64,000 bases of DNA from an uncultured archaeon (GTDB taxonomy: Archaea > Thermoproteota > Bathyarchaeia > Bathyarchaeales > Bathycorpusculaceae). Shown in pieces: positions 28,574-40,646 of the stretch (position 1 is the stretch's first letter; each line of letters starts with the position of its first letter). The notes under the pieces were generated by a model. That model was not told the origin of the DNA, made no database searches, and saw nothing but the letters and a program-made list of their open reading frames with translations. The translations under genes and the position numbers were made by a program. The DNA lies in contig CAWALK010000020.1 of assembly GCA_963782915.1 (NCBI GenBank), positions 1 through 64,000 of the forward strand, read 5' to 3'.

Positions 28574-29397
28574 TGTACAAAATAGTCACCAAAACCGAGC
28601 TTGTCCCAAAAATAAAACTCTTCGAAGTTGAAGCCCCCGACATTGCCGCAAAAGCACATCCTGGACAATTCCTAATCGTAATCCACGGCAAAACAGGCGA
28701 ACGCATCCCATTAACCATCTGCGGCTATGACGCCAAGAAAGGCACGGTTTCGTTTGCTTTCCATGAAGTCGGCAAAACCACCAAAGACCTCGGCAAACTT
28801 GAGCAGGGACAAGAAATCGACAACGTCACCGGTCCATTAGGTAACCCATCTGAAATCAAAAATTTTGGTAAAGTGCTCTGTGTCGGCGGCAGCGTCATGA
28901 TTGCTCCGTTACTGTTGCAGTCTAAAGCTATGAAGGAAGCCGGCAACCACGTAACCACCGTTATCGGCGCACGTTCTGAACCATTCATAATGATGGAGGA
29001 AGAAGCTAAACATACAGTCACAAAGTCTACGTCGCCACAGACGACGGCTCAAAAGGCTACAAAGGCTTAGATTTCCTAAACGAGTTGCTTAAGAAAGAAA
29101 AGTTTGACCGCTGCGTCGTTATGGGCCCAGTTATCCTCATGAAAGATGTCAGCGCCATCACCAAACCCTACAACATCCCCACAGTCGTGACTTTGACGCC
29201 AATTATGATTGACGGCATGGGCATGTGCGGTGTTTGCCGTGTTACAGTCGGCGGAAAAATGATGTTCGGCTGCGTTGACGGACCAGAATTTGACGGTCAC
29301 CAAACAGATTTCGACGAATTAATTTTACGTCAACGCACAATGCTTCCCGAGGAACGGTTAAGCAGTGTTTTAGGAGAAATGAAGGGAGGATGCAAGT

Positions 29398-29417
<20 letters not shown>
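28573..29417 (+). CDS. nfnA: NfnA/SudB subunit (frameshifted)
   Basis: PGQF, GERIPLTI, GPLG, DGMGMCGVCR..CVDGPEF. Confidence 0.9.
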
Positions 29418-30807
<1,390 letters not shown>

Positions 30808-30873
30808 GCAATTAACCGTTGCTTTTTCTTTTCTTTCCTAAATAAGGAAAACGATTTTTTTTTCAATTCAAAG

Positions 30874-32082
30874 CTACTGCTTGCTTGTTGTGCAGGGTTC
30901 TTTTACAAGTGCAATCCAGACTACAGCGCCCAATATACCCAAACTGCCTAAAACCAGCCCCACTGCTTGATAGCCATAACTATTGAGCATGAATCCTGCA
31001 ATAAGCGAAGACAACAGCATGCCCACATTCATGAATGCCGTATTAAGCGACATCATGGTGCTTCGGAATTTGGGCAGTTGCTCGATGATTAAACTACCTC
31101 CTGCCGAGAGTGTCATTGCAGCGAACCAGTAGCGTAGAATGCTAACGGCGGCTGAAAGTTCAGCAGTTGGCATAAACATAAAAACCAAAGTAAGTATACC
31201 CGTAACTACGCAGGCGATTGTACCTAATCGTTTGCGTCCCATCATATTTACCAGTAAACCTGTGACGAAGCCGCCAATGGCACCTACGAGGCTTCCTATC
31301 AAAACGAAAGTTGATCCCCAAGCAACAGTCATGCCGAATTCTTCCCTAAAGAAACTGAATAATATGCTATTGCACCCTCACAAAGCATTAGCACAGTTAC
31401 AGAAAGGGCGGCAATGGTTGATAGGTTGGAGAAAGCTTGTTTGCAGCCAAGGAAAAATGGTTCCTTCGGAAGTGAAGGGATTGTTTTGAGCCTATTTGGA
31501 ATTACTATGGCTGCCTAGGGTAAGGCTTACTAATGAAAATGGCAGTGATAAGAGAATCGTTGCTGTGCGCCAATCGCCAAAAGTAGATATTAGTGCGGTT
31601 GCTGGTCCACCGACAAGGTATTCAAGCGTTATAGCCGCAACCATAACACCGACTGCTCTGCCTCTTTTCTCCAATGGATACACGTCACCGATTATAGAAT
31701 AAGCCATGGCGGTAACCATAGCTATTCCAGCGCCTACACCAATGTTGGCCGCTAAAAGCACGTTGAAATTTGGCGCAAAATAGTATCCCAATGTAGCTAT
31801 GCTTGTACAGGCAAGACCAATCAACAGAAACAGTTTATGATTATAGCGTACACATAAAACAGCCATCAATAAGCCAAAGAAGACGCCGGATACGGAGCCA
31901 ACAGAAGCTGTCATGCTTGCGGTTCCAACTTGAATCTGGAAGCTATGTGCTATGTCAACCATGAGTAGTTGGAAGGTGACAGTGATTAACCAAGTGGATA
32001 GTGCAGAAAGTGCCAAAACTGGAAGTAGAAGCCTACTATAACCAGTTTTTTCACTGGAACCTGCCGATGTGCCCCTTGCCAT
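30874..32082 (-). CDS. MFS transporter (frameshifted)
   Basis: Two six-TM halves; GDVYPLEKRGRA, GRKR motifs. Confidence 0.8.
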
Positions 32083-32357
32083 GTCAGCGTCATTTAAAAA
32101 GAAGATGTATTTAAAACATGCATATTATTAAGAAATGGAAAATGTATAATTTGCTCTTTTAACCAACGCACCAACCAAATCGCTTGATATCAGCCGGCGA
32201 AACTTTTCTCAATCATCAAACTCTTCAGGCTCACTAGGATCGGTTTCTTAGTAGTCGCCTGCGTGTGCGTTGCTGGTTCTCTTCACCCATAGATGGCGGA
32301 AAGCAATGTCACGGAGAACACCATAGCATAATATATTATCAAAGCTAATCCTGTCGT

Positions 32358-33092
32358 ATGCGTAAGATTAAAGCGTCAAGTAGCTACCTCAAGAACCAAA
32401 CAAGAAAAAACCTTGCCAAAGCCGTCCTTTGTCTAATTGTATTTGGCGTTGTTTTGGCAGTAGTTATCTTTGGGATGCTTTCTTTGGTGCAGATGGGGCT
32501 TTTTAAAGAGATTGGACTGGTTTTTCTGATAGGGCTCATCTTTATGGTAGCGGCGCTAATCGGTTCCTACTATTATCTGCGCAAATACCACATTTTCAAC
32601 GGCGGCTATCAGGGCGAAAAACAAGTAGCTAAACTGCTAAGCAATAGCTTAAGCGATGATTACTACCTCATAAACGACCTCTACTTACGTGAAGGCGGCG
32701 GAGACATCGACCACATCGTTTTGGCTCCGGGCGGCGTGTTTGTGTTAGAGACCAAAAACTGGAATGGCAGCATATCCGTTAGCGGGGATGAGTGGCATAG
32801 AGGTGGAAAACATGATTCTTCTTCGAGCCCAAGCCGCCAAGTTAACCGTAACGCTGGAAGAATTAAGCGCATAATAGATTCCTCGCCGAGTTTGCGGTCT
32901 TTAGGCATCTGGGTTGAAGGCATCGTCGTATTAACCAACAAACATTCAACATTACACGTAAACAATCCAACGGTGCCCATTCTCAAGCTTCCACAGCTAC
33001 CAAACCACTTATCCACACATGGAAGCGCCCGAAGATTCAGCCGTGAACAGTTAGAAGCAATAGGAAAAGAAATTGCTAAGCAAAAAGCTTAG
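32358..33092 (+). CDS. NERD-domain protein with N-terminal TM segments
   Basis: G..GE, DIDHIV, VLETKNW, SP..QV. Confidence 0.85.
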   Translation: MRKIKASSSYLKNQTRKNLAKAVLCLIVFGVVLAVVIFGMLSLVQMGLFKEIGLVFLIGLIFMVAALIGSYYYLRKYHIFNGGYQGEKQVAKLLSNSLSDDYYLINDLYLREGGGDIDHIVLAPGGVFVLETKNWNGSISVSGDEWHRGGKHDSSSSPSRQVNRNAGRIKRIIDSSPSLRSLGIWVEGIVVLTNKHSTLHVNNPTVPILKLPQLPNHLSTHGSARRFSREQLEAIGKEIAKQKA

Positions 33093-33783
33093 GCTGCTTA
33101 GGTTCAGGCGGAGTAATCTTTAGCCAATCTTTCCTTGCCACGAAGGCAAAGGACATTATGCCTGTTATGAATAAGCTGACTATTCCAAACGAGTTAGGTA
33201 ACCATCGGGTGAAATCATCGGCAATGGTTGAGGCAAGAATTGAAAGGGAACAGTACATCGCAAAGATCCCGGTGACAAAGGTAGCTACATGAAGACCCAT
33301 TTTTATGCAGCAAGCCTTAGTTTTTATCCAATTCAAACAGAACTCAGTTCTCCTCGAAACATCAGGTAAATCATCCAGCAACATAGCTAACCCTGCCAAA
33401 AAGAACACTCTCGCAGCGTTAACCGGTATATCGTTAGAGTCTACAAAAAACAAACTAACAGCCGAAACAGGCGTCAAAACAGTAACTAACACTGAAGTTA
33501 TCGCTAACACAAAAAAGCCATAAACATAATGGTGAAAGAGAAATCTGCCCGTATGAAGTGATCTGCCTGTTGCAGCGGCTGGGAAGACACAGATTATGCC
33601 TGCGGCGAGTGCCAACAAAAACAGGTTTCCATCAAGCAGATAAGGCGCATATGGATGCCACTGCGGGTTTGATCTGTAGAATCCGTATAGAATGCCGGCG
33701 ACTGTAGCTATAGTGATTAGCGCATTAAAAATTAACGCTAAACTGAAGATTTTCTTAAGTATTACCCAGACGGAGTCAGCCAT
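33076..33783 (-). CDS. Hypothetical membrane protein
   Basis: 235 aa multi-TM with FHHYVYG and LDDLPD motifs. Confidence 0.75.
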   Translation of the reverse strand: MADSVWVILKKIFSLALIFNALITIATVAGILYGFYRSNPQWHPYAPYLLDGNLFLLALAAGIICVFPAAATGRSLHTGRFLFHHYVYGFFVLAITSVLVTVLTPVSAVSLFFVDSNDIPVNAARVFFLAGLAMLLDDLPDVSRRTEFCLNWIKTKACCIKMGLHVATFVTGIFAMYCSLSILASTIADDFTRWLPNSFGIVSLFITGIMSFAFVARKDWLKITPPEPKQPKLFA

Positions 33784-33994
33784 GTATATGCCATGCCCTA
33801 AACTTAGCCTTTAGCTGTAATTTTAGTAACATGGTTTAGTTTGGCGTCTTTTATAAGTAACGCATGTTTACCCGTAAAATTTCCCTTAACACTCCAGCGA
33901 ATTATACGACAATGTAAGCTCGCTTGGAAAAATCAAAATCCTTTATACACCATATTCAAAATTTTTTTAAGCAAGCAACAACTTAGATAGGACA

Positions 33995-34944
33995 GTAAAA
34001 AATAAATTAGCATCAAAGGTTCTAATCTTAACTATAGTGGCAGTTCTGAGCACAATCATTTTAGTTGGCAGCATCAGCGGCACCGCAAACGCGCAGTAGT
34101 TCTGCAAGACGGATTCGAAACGGACTTCTCAAACTGGATCACCAAGGCTCACCCAGCATCGTTTCAACACACTTCGGAGTAAATGCTAGTTACATCGCCC
34201 AGTTACCAGTATCCACGCATTCATACATACAACACTCTTTCACAACAAGCGAAACAGTGACACTCGATTACTTCTTCAGAATAGACTCGACAAACATGAA
34301 TCCTGGCAATTCACTGAAATTTGCAGAAATCGTAGATAGCCAAGGCGGTCGAATCAGCAGTTTATCCATAGCTTGTAACGGCACCGGCGACTTCGGATGG
34401 CAATTCATTGACGCACAGGAAACGCCATATTGATTCCCCAAGGTATAACCAAAACGTCTGGTACCGAATCACTGAAACACAAAAGACAGGCACAGGCACC
34501 GCAGCCTATCAGCTTTGGATCGACAGTGAATTGGTTTTCTCAGCTCAACGGTAACGCCCTAACCCAGCAGCAGGCATAAACATCGGCGCTCTCTCCAAAC
34601 AGGATACGACAGCGCTAACATTTACCTTGACACTTAACCTTAACAAACACACTTGACCCCCTGCCAACACCGACTCCAACAGCGACACCTACACCCACAG
34701 AAACACCCACAGAAGCCCCAACAGATGCCCAACACAAACAGTCGCACCCACAGTAGCCCAACTCCAACCCAACAGCAACCCCAATCGCAAATGAAACAGC
34801 AGCTTTCCCAGTAACCACAGTAATAATTATAGTAGTTGTTATTGTAGCAGTAGTTGCTGTAGTTGCAGTTGTTGGTTATGATGAAAAAACGCAAGCCCAC
34901 TGCAGCAAACGATTGCCTCCTCCACCACCACCGCCACCAACTAA
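33995..34944 (+). CDS. Secreted/anchored protein with Pro/Thr linker, TM helix and poly-Pro tail (multiple frameshifts)
   Basis: Signal peptide, beta-rich domain, PTPT repeats, TM, then KKRK..PPPPPPPPT*. Confidence 0.6.
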
Positions 34945-35023
34945 AATTTCCACTTTTTCATTTTTTCTTTTTATCCTTAATTTTTTAAGCAAGACACCGA
35001 TCAAGACATAAAGGATGAGAAAA

Positions 35024-35723
35024 ATGAAGTTCGAAATCAAATACAAACCCTCATACGCCATGCCTAGTCGCCAATCTAGAGCAAGGCGAAATGATTACAG
35101 CTGAATCAGGCGCCATGACCTACATGACACCTAACATTGAAGTCCACACTCGCAAAAGAGAAAAAAGCCTCTGGGGCAGCTTAGGCTTAAGCATAATCGG
35201 CGGCCAATCATTCTGGGTTAACGATTTCACAGCAACCAACGGTGCAGGCGAAGCAGCATTTGTAGCCGCACCAGTCGGAGACATAAAACAACTCGACATT
35301 GCACCCGGCAGCGGCTACATCATCCAAAAATCCGCGTACATAGCCTCAACTCAGGGCATAGATTTAGATGTCAAATGGGAAGGCTTCACCAAAGGCCTCT
35401 TCGGACAAGGGCTCTTTATGATACGCGCCACTGGCAGCGGACAAATGTTCATCAATACCTTCGGCGCCATCGACACCCACACCCTCCAACCAGGTCAAAC
35501 CCTTGTCGTAGATAACTTTCATTTGGTTGGTTTTAGCGAATCCTGCAGTTACAAAGTCACCCGTGTCGGCGGCATAAAAGAAACTTTGCTAAGCGGCGAA
35601 GGCTTAGTCACCCAAATCACGGGCCCGGGAGAAGTGCATATCCAAACCAAGAACCTCCAAGAATTCACGGAGTGGCTCTGGACTCTGCTTGAACCTAAAG
35701 TCAGAGCTGAACGGTCAAGATAG
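35024..35723 (+). CDS. AIM24/TIGR00266 family protein (frameshift near start)
   Basis: MKFEIKYKP, AESGAM, FGAI, VDNFHLV, SGEGLV..GPG. Confidence 0.88.
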
Positions 35724-35769
35724 AACAATCTTTTTATTTTCTTTTTTCTTTTAAGCATCGCTAATTGAT

Positions 35770-36135
35770 GTGAACAGCTTGGGCAGTGTTGGATTAGGCG
35801 CATTAGTAGGCTTCATAATAACCGTTATCATAAGCATAATGTATCCCGGAGTCGGCCATATTTTGGGCGGCTTGCTGGGTGGACTCGTCGCTGGGCTTAT
35901 CGCTCGAGGCGTGATTGGCGGAACCATCGCGGGTATCCTCGCCGGCATCGCAAGCGCAGTTATACTGGGCATTTTGGCGCTGGTTGGTTTTGCATGGTTC
36001 GGCGGCTCAACCTATGGGATCCTGGGCGCATTCCTCGCAGGCATAGTCGGCACCGCACTAAGCATAATCGTTAGCATCATCGCAACCATCGGTTCAGCAA
36101 TCGGCGGCTTCTTCGGCGGATTAGTAACCCGATAA
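35770..36135 (+). CDS. Gly-rich membrane protein (DUF5518-like)
   Basis: GGLLGGLVAG repeats. Confidence 0.7.
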   Translation: MNSLGSVGLGALVGFIITVIISIMYPGVGHILGGLLGGLVAGLIARGVIGGTIAGILAGIASAVILGILALVGFAWFGGSTYGILGAFLAGIVGTALSIIVSIIATIGSAIGGFFGGLVTR

Positions 36136-36151
36136 ACCGCTACTTTCAATT

Positions 36152-37711
36152 TTACCTATCTAGATTGAATGTTTTTTCGTGCGTTGTCTTCTCCGGAATG
36201 GTATCGAGCACCATTTTCTCTTCAGGCTTATTGCTCAGCACAATCGGCGACAATTGATTTGCCAGTTCTAAGGCTGCAGCGAGTTTACTTGCTCTTTCAG
36301 CATAAACCTCAAACAACACACCATCTTTACGCACGCTCTCGCCCAATTTAGCATGCAAAACTACGCCTGCACCCTTCTCTTTAGGAGCGCCTGCCATACG
36401 TGCAATACGCACAATATCATCCGTACTCAACCACAACACCTTCCCCGCTCGGTCCGAATGTACTGCGGCATGTTTAGGTCCAACAGGCAAATCATCCGGT
36501 TTCACGTTTGGGTTTCCGCCTTGAGCACCGATGATTTCACGCATCTTTTTCTCTGCTTTGCCTGAATCAACCATTTCCTCTGCCATGCCCCGTGGGTTCT
36601 CGACGCCGACCATATCAAACAGCATCGTGGCTAAGCTGATGGCTTTTTCACGTAGGTCCGGTGGTCCGCCGCCCATTAGTGTGGTTAGGGCTTCTCGGGC
36701 TTCTAATGCTGGTCCGATGCTGCAGCCCAGCGGTTGGTCTCCGAAGGTAAGGGCGCATTGGATGGTTAAGCCGAGTCGTTTGCCTAAATCAACAAAGTCA
36801 GAGGCGAGTGTGTAGGCTTCTTGGCGGGTTTTAATTTTTGCTCCCATGCCCGTTGGTATATCTATAACGACATAGTTGGCGCCGATAGCTTTCTTTTTGC
36901 TCAAAATAGAAGGCAAAAGCATGGGGTCGATTCCAAGTGGGTATTCGACTTGTATGAAGAGGTCATCTGCGGGTGCAAGCTCCAATGAGCCGCCCCAAAC
37001 GAGGCATCCGCCTGTCTTTTTGACAACATCCTTGATCTCGTCTATTGCCAAGGTGACTGGGCAGAGTGTTTCAACCCGGTCAGCCGTTCCGGCGGGTGAA
37101 GTGATGGCTCGGGAAGAAGTTTTGGGAATGGTGAAGCCTGCCGCTGCCACGATGGGCACGACAAGCATGGACGTTTTGTCGCCGGGGATGCCGCCGACGC
37201 TGTGTTTATCGAGGATTGGTCCTGCACCGAAGTCAAGTGTTTTGCCGGTGGTGATCATGGCGCGGGAGAGCGCTTCGGTTTCGGCTGTGCTTAAGCCATG
37301 AATGCTCAGCGCTGTGAGGAAACCGGCGATTTCAACAGTGCTTAGGTGGCGTTCAACTACGTCTTTGACGATGGCGACTATGTCTTTTTCGCGCAATCGT
37401 TCGCCATGCAGCTTAGCGCGGATGTTATAGAGCGATTCCGGCAGCGGAGCCAATGTAACCTGTACCGGTTCGTCGTCTTTGATGCCTTCAAGCGCCGCTT
37501 CGGTTTCCTCGAAAAACCCAACCCGGTTGTCGGGGTAGTGCTGTGCAATGTTGGAGATGGCTATCATTTCTCTGGCGCCATATGTGATTTTTATTCTGTC
37601 TGAACTGTGCACGCCAAGCAGATTTGCGGTTTGTTGGCTTATGACGGCGATTCTGTTTCCGCCAGTAGTGATGTTTAGAAGTTCAACAAGTAGCTCCATA
37701 GCTATCCACAT
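36152..37711 (-). CDS. deoA: AMP phosphorylase
   Basis: DKHSVGGIPG, PKTSSRAITSPAGTAD, ILSKK, GPALEARE; divergent from RuBisCO. Confidence 0.93.
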   Translation of the reverse strand: MWIAMELLVELLNITTGGNRIAVISQQTANLLGVHSSDRIKITYGAREMIAISNIAQHYPDNRVGFFEETEAALEGIKDDEPVQVTLAPLPESLYNIRAKLHGERLREKDIVAIVKDVVERHLSTVEIAGFLTALSIHGLSTAETEALSRAMITTGKTLDFGAGPILDKHSVGGIPGDKTSMLVVPIVAAAGFTIPKTSSRAITSPAGTADRVETLCPVTLAIDEIKDVVKKTGGCLVWGGSLELAPADDLFIQVEYPLGIDPMLLPSILSKKKAIGANYVVIDIPTGMGAKIKTRQEAYTLASDFVDLGKRLGLTIQCALTFGDQPLGCSIGPALEAREALTTLMGGGPPDLREKAISLATMLFDMVGVENPRGMAEEMVDSGKAEKKMREIIGAQGGNPNVKPDDLPVGPKHAAVHSDRAGKVLWLSTDDIVRIARMAGAPKEKGAGVVLHAKLGESVRKDGVLFEVYAERASKLAAALELANQLSPIVLSNKPEEKMVLDTIPEKTTHEKTFNLDR

Positions 37712-37781
37712 AGATATTGGTTGGTTGGGTAGTTAAAGATTTTAAGGCAAAACGCGATGGTTTAGTTAGCGAGGATTCTGT

Positions 37782-39005
37782 GTGAGGTATCTTGACTTTA
37801 TCGATTTAGCTTACAAGCCTAAAGGAACCGATTTGCTGTGCACTTTCTATGTGGAACCTGAAGGCATCAGCTTAAAAGAAGCGGCCGGTGGGGTGGCTGC
37901 TGAAAGCTCGGTTGGTACATGGACAGAACTCAGCACAGAGCAGCCCTATGTACAGCGGCTAGCTGCCCACGTTTACAGCATAGAAGGCAACGTCATCAAG
38001 ATTGCGTATCCCATTGAACTCTTCGAAAGCGGCAACATGCCCAACATCTTAAGCAGCGTCGCCGGCAACGTATTCGGATTAAAAGCGCTCAGAAACCTGC
38101 GCTTGCTCGATATCGAAGTGCCCAAAGTCCTCCTCGCAGGCTTCAAAGGACCCGCCTTCGGTATAGAAGGAATCCGAAAACTCCTCAAAATCCCAAAACG
38201 CCCACTCGTCGGCACCATCATCAAACCCAAACTCGGCTTAAACACAGCTGACCACGCCAAAGTCGCCTATGACGCATGGCTAGGCGGCTGCGATGTCGTA
38301 AAGGACGACGAAAACCTCAGCAGCCAAAAATTCAACCCATTCGACCAACGCCTCATCGAAACACTGGAGAGCCGCGACAAAGCCCAAGACGAGACAGGGG
38401 AACGCAAAGTTTACATGATTAACGTCACCGCCGAAACCAGCATCATGCTCAAACGTGCACAGGCTGTGGTGGATCAAGGCGGCGAATACATAATGGTTGA
38501 CATCTTAACCACCGGTTGGTCAGCACTCCAAACGCTCAGGGACCAAAACTTCAAACTGGTTATCCATGCCCACCGTGCAGGTCACGCCGCGTTTACCAAG
38601 AACCAACTGCATGGCATCGCCATGAAACCCATCGCGTCAGTCGCCCGAATACTCGGCGTAGATCAACTCCACGTTGGCACCGTTGTGGGTAAAATGTCAG
38701 AGACCAAAGCGGAAGTGCTCGAGAACATCACGGCATGCAAGGGTGAATTGGGCGGTTTGAAGCCTGTGTTGCCAGTTGCGAGTGGCGGTTTACATCCACG
38801 ATTAGTTCCTGCACTGCTGGATTACTTTGGCAACGATGTTGTTTTGCAGGCAGGCGGCGGTATCCATGGGCATCCAGAAGGCACTGTTGCTGGTGCTAAA
38901 GCTATGCGGCAAGCAGTGGATGCAGCACTCGAAGGCAAAACATTGGAAGAATACGCTAAAAGCCATAGTGAATTGGCGCTTGCCCTACAGAAATGGACGG
39001 TTTAG
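37782..39005 (+). CDS. rbcL: Form III RuBisCO large subunit
   Basis: AESSVGTWT, IIKPKLG, KDDE, HAHRAGH, SGGLH, GGGIHGHP. Confidence 0.96.
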   Translation: MRYLDFIDLAYKPKGTDLLCTFYVEPEGISLKEAAGGVAAESSVGTWTELSTEQPYVQRLAAHVYSIEGNVIKIAYPIELFESGNMPNILSSVAGNVFGLKALRNLRLLDIEVPKVLLAGFKGPAFGIEGIRKLLKIPKRPLVGTIIKPKLGLNTADHAKVAYDAWLGGCDVVKDDENLSSQKFNPFDQRLIETLESRDKAQDETGERKVYMINVTAETSIMLKRAQAVVDQGGEYIMVDILTTGWSALQTLRDQNFKLVIHAHRAGHAAFTKNQLHGIAMKPIASVARILGVDQLHVGTVVGKMSETKAEVLENITACKGELGGLKPVLPVASGGLHPRLVPALLDYFGNDVVLQAGGGIHGHPEGTVAGAKAMRQAVDAALEGKTLEEYAKSHSELALALQKWTV

Positions 39006-39045
39006 GCTCTTTTGCTCCTAAACTGACTTATCCTGTTTGTTGCTT

Positions 39046-39178
39046 GTTTTTCTACAGTGTGTTGTTGCTGAAAACCGCCTATACACAACAACAACCAGCC
39101 GAGTTGGCTGTGGCGTCTGTTTTGGTTTCTGCGTTTGGTTTGGGTTGCAGGCTGGTTGTGGCGACATCCGCAAGCAGA
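39046..39178 (-). repeat. Dispersed intergenic element, copy B
   Basis: TCTGCTTGC..CAACCAGCC-N53-GGTTGTTGTTG..CAGCAACAAC, between convergent genes. Confidence 0.8.
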
Positions 39179-39212
39179 ATAAAAAAGAGCTTGATCACTT
39201 GACGAATTAAAT

Positions 39213-40433
39213 CTAGCGTTTATGTTTTCTCCAAACAAACACAGCCACAATCACTAACACAACCCCAACTACGCCGCTTATCGCCGCTGGCAAGAAATTT
39301 TGGCTCCAGACAAAACCAACTTGCCCTGTAGCATCATCTATTGCGGGGACAGGGGTTGGATCAGTTGGGATAGTTGGCGCATTAGGATCAGGCGTTTGCA
39401 GGAACGGCTCAAAAATTATCGCACCAGAGTAGTTGTCGTCGTGGTAGAGGGTTTGTTTAATCGCTGTCTTGTTGTTTGTGCCCCACCAGTTATTGGTAGC
39501 ATCTAAATCGCCTAAGTGGATATTTTCAACATTATATTGGCTATTATTTTGGAAGTTGTTGTAAGATACTTTAGCAGCTAATCCAGGGCCACATTGCAAA
39601 CCCACGACGTTGCCCACAAACGTGTTAGAGGATAAATCTATGCTATCCCAAAATTTTACGCCTACCTCGTTGCCAAAGAACAGGTTATGGCTAACTTTAA
39701 CGTCGTTTTCGCTTGCTCCGCCAGCGTCAGAGTATAACCCGAGGGTGCAGTTGAGAATTTGGTTGTTAATAATGGTGGCTGAGCTTATCCGTAGACTTAC
39801 GCTTATGCCCGGGGCTATGTTGTTGCCGAATATTTTGTTGCCAGACACTTCGCCATGAGTTCCCATAATTAACAGCCCAACAAAGCCGCTTTTGGTCCCT
39901 ATATCGTTGTTAGTTATGGTTACTGCTCCACCTGCTGCATCTGCCTGAATGCCATCGGAGATTAAGTTGTTAGAAATCGACGGTGAACCTCCTTTTACGA
40001 TGATTCTGCTGTCTATTTGGTTGTTGTCAATTTGATTCGACCCTGAAATTAGAACCAAAGAGACTGAAGAAGGCATAATGGTATTTTGTATTCTGGAACC
40101 GGTTGTGTTTGAATCTAAAATTATGGTGCCATTATTGAACTGAATTTTTTCCGTGAGGGTTCCTTGGGCGTCTAGTGTGCCGTTTATGATTAGGGAATAA
40201 CCGTTTAAGTTGACGGTGGCTCCGGGTTCTATGGTTAATGTTGAGATGCTGCGCAAAATGATGTTGCCCATGAGACTGTAGGGGCTGTTTGTTTTTGTCC
40301 ATGCGGTGTCTGAATTCAGGGGACCCGCCGTCTTGGTGGCAGCTGTGGCTTCTCCAAAAATGGTGACACTAAAAACGCAGCTACTAAGAAGAATGAATAC
40401 GATGAAGGTTAAGGGCACCCTTTTTGATTGCAT
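39213..40433 (-). CDS. Secreted right-handed beta-helix protein with C-terminal TM anchor
   Basis: WT..NSPY, LTIEPG, Asn/Ile repeats, DATNNWWG. Confidence 0.82.
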   Translation of the reverse strand: MQSKRVPLTFIVFILLSSCVFSVTIFGEATAATKTAGPLNSDTAWTKTNSPYSLMGNIILRSISTLTIEPGATVNLNGYSLIINGTLDAQGTLTEKIQFNNGTIILDSNTTGSRIQNTIMPSSVSLVLISGSNQIDNNQIDSRIIVKGGSPSISNNLISDGIQADAAGGAVTITNNDIGTKSGFVGLLIMGTHGEVSGNKIFGNNIAPGISVSLRISSATIINNQILNCTLGLYSDAGGASENDVKVSHNLFFGNEVGVKFWDSIDLSSNTFVGNVVGLQCGPGLAAKVSYNNFQNNSQYNVENIHLGDLDATNNWWGTNNKTAIKQTLYHDDNYSGAIIFEPFLQTPDPNAPTIPTDPTPVPAIDDATGQVGFVWSQNFLPAAISGVVGVVLVIVAVFVWRKHKR

Positions 40434-40646
40434 ATGTGGCTTTTTACTGGTAGGGCAATAAAAGCGTATTCGTCAAGGTTTCTTGACTAAACAGGCTCCA
40501 AAAGCCAAAATTCAGCGGTAAAGGGGCTTAAAGTTGACTGAAACATTGAAAAACAAAAACAGCAACCAGCCGAAATTCCACCGATTAATGTCGCAAGCTT
40601 TTTAGGGTATCCTAGCTCGCAAGTTAACTACGCTTAGGGGCTGCTG

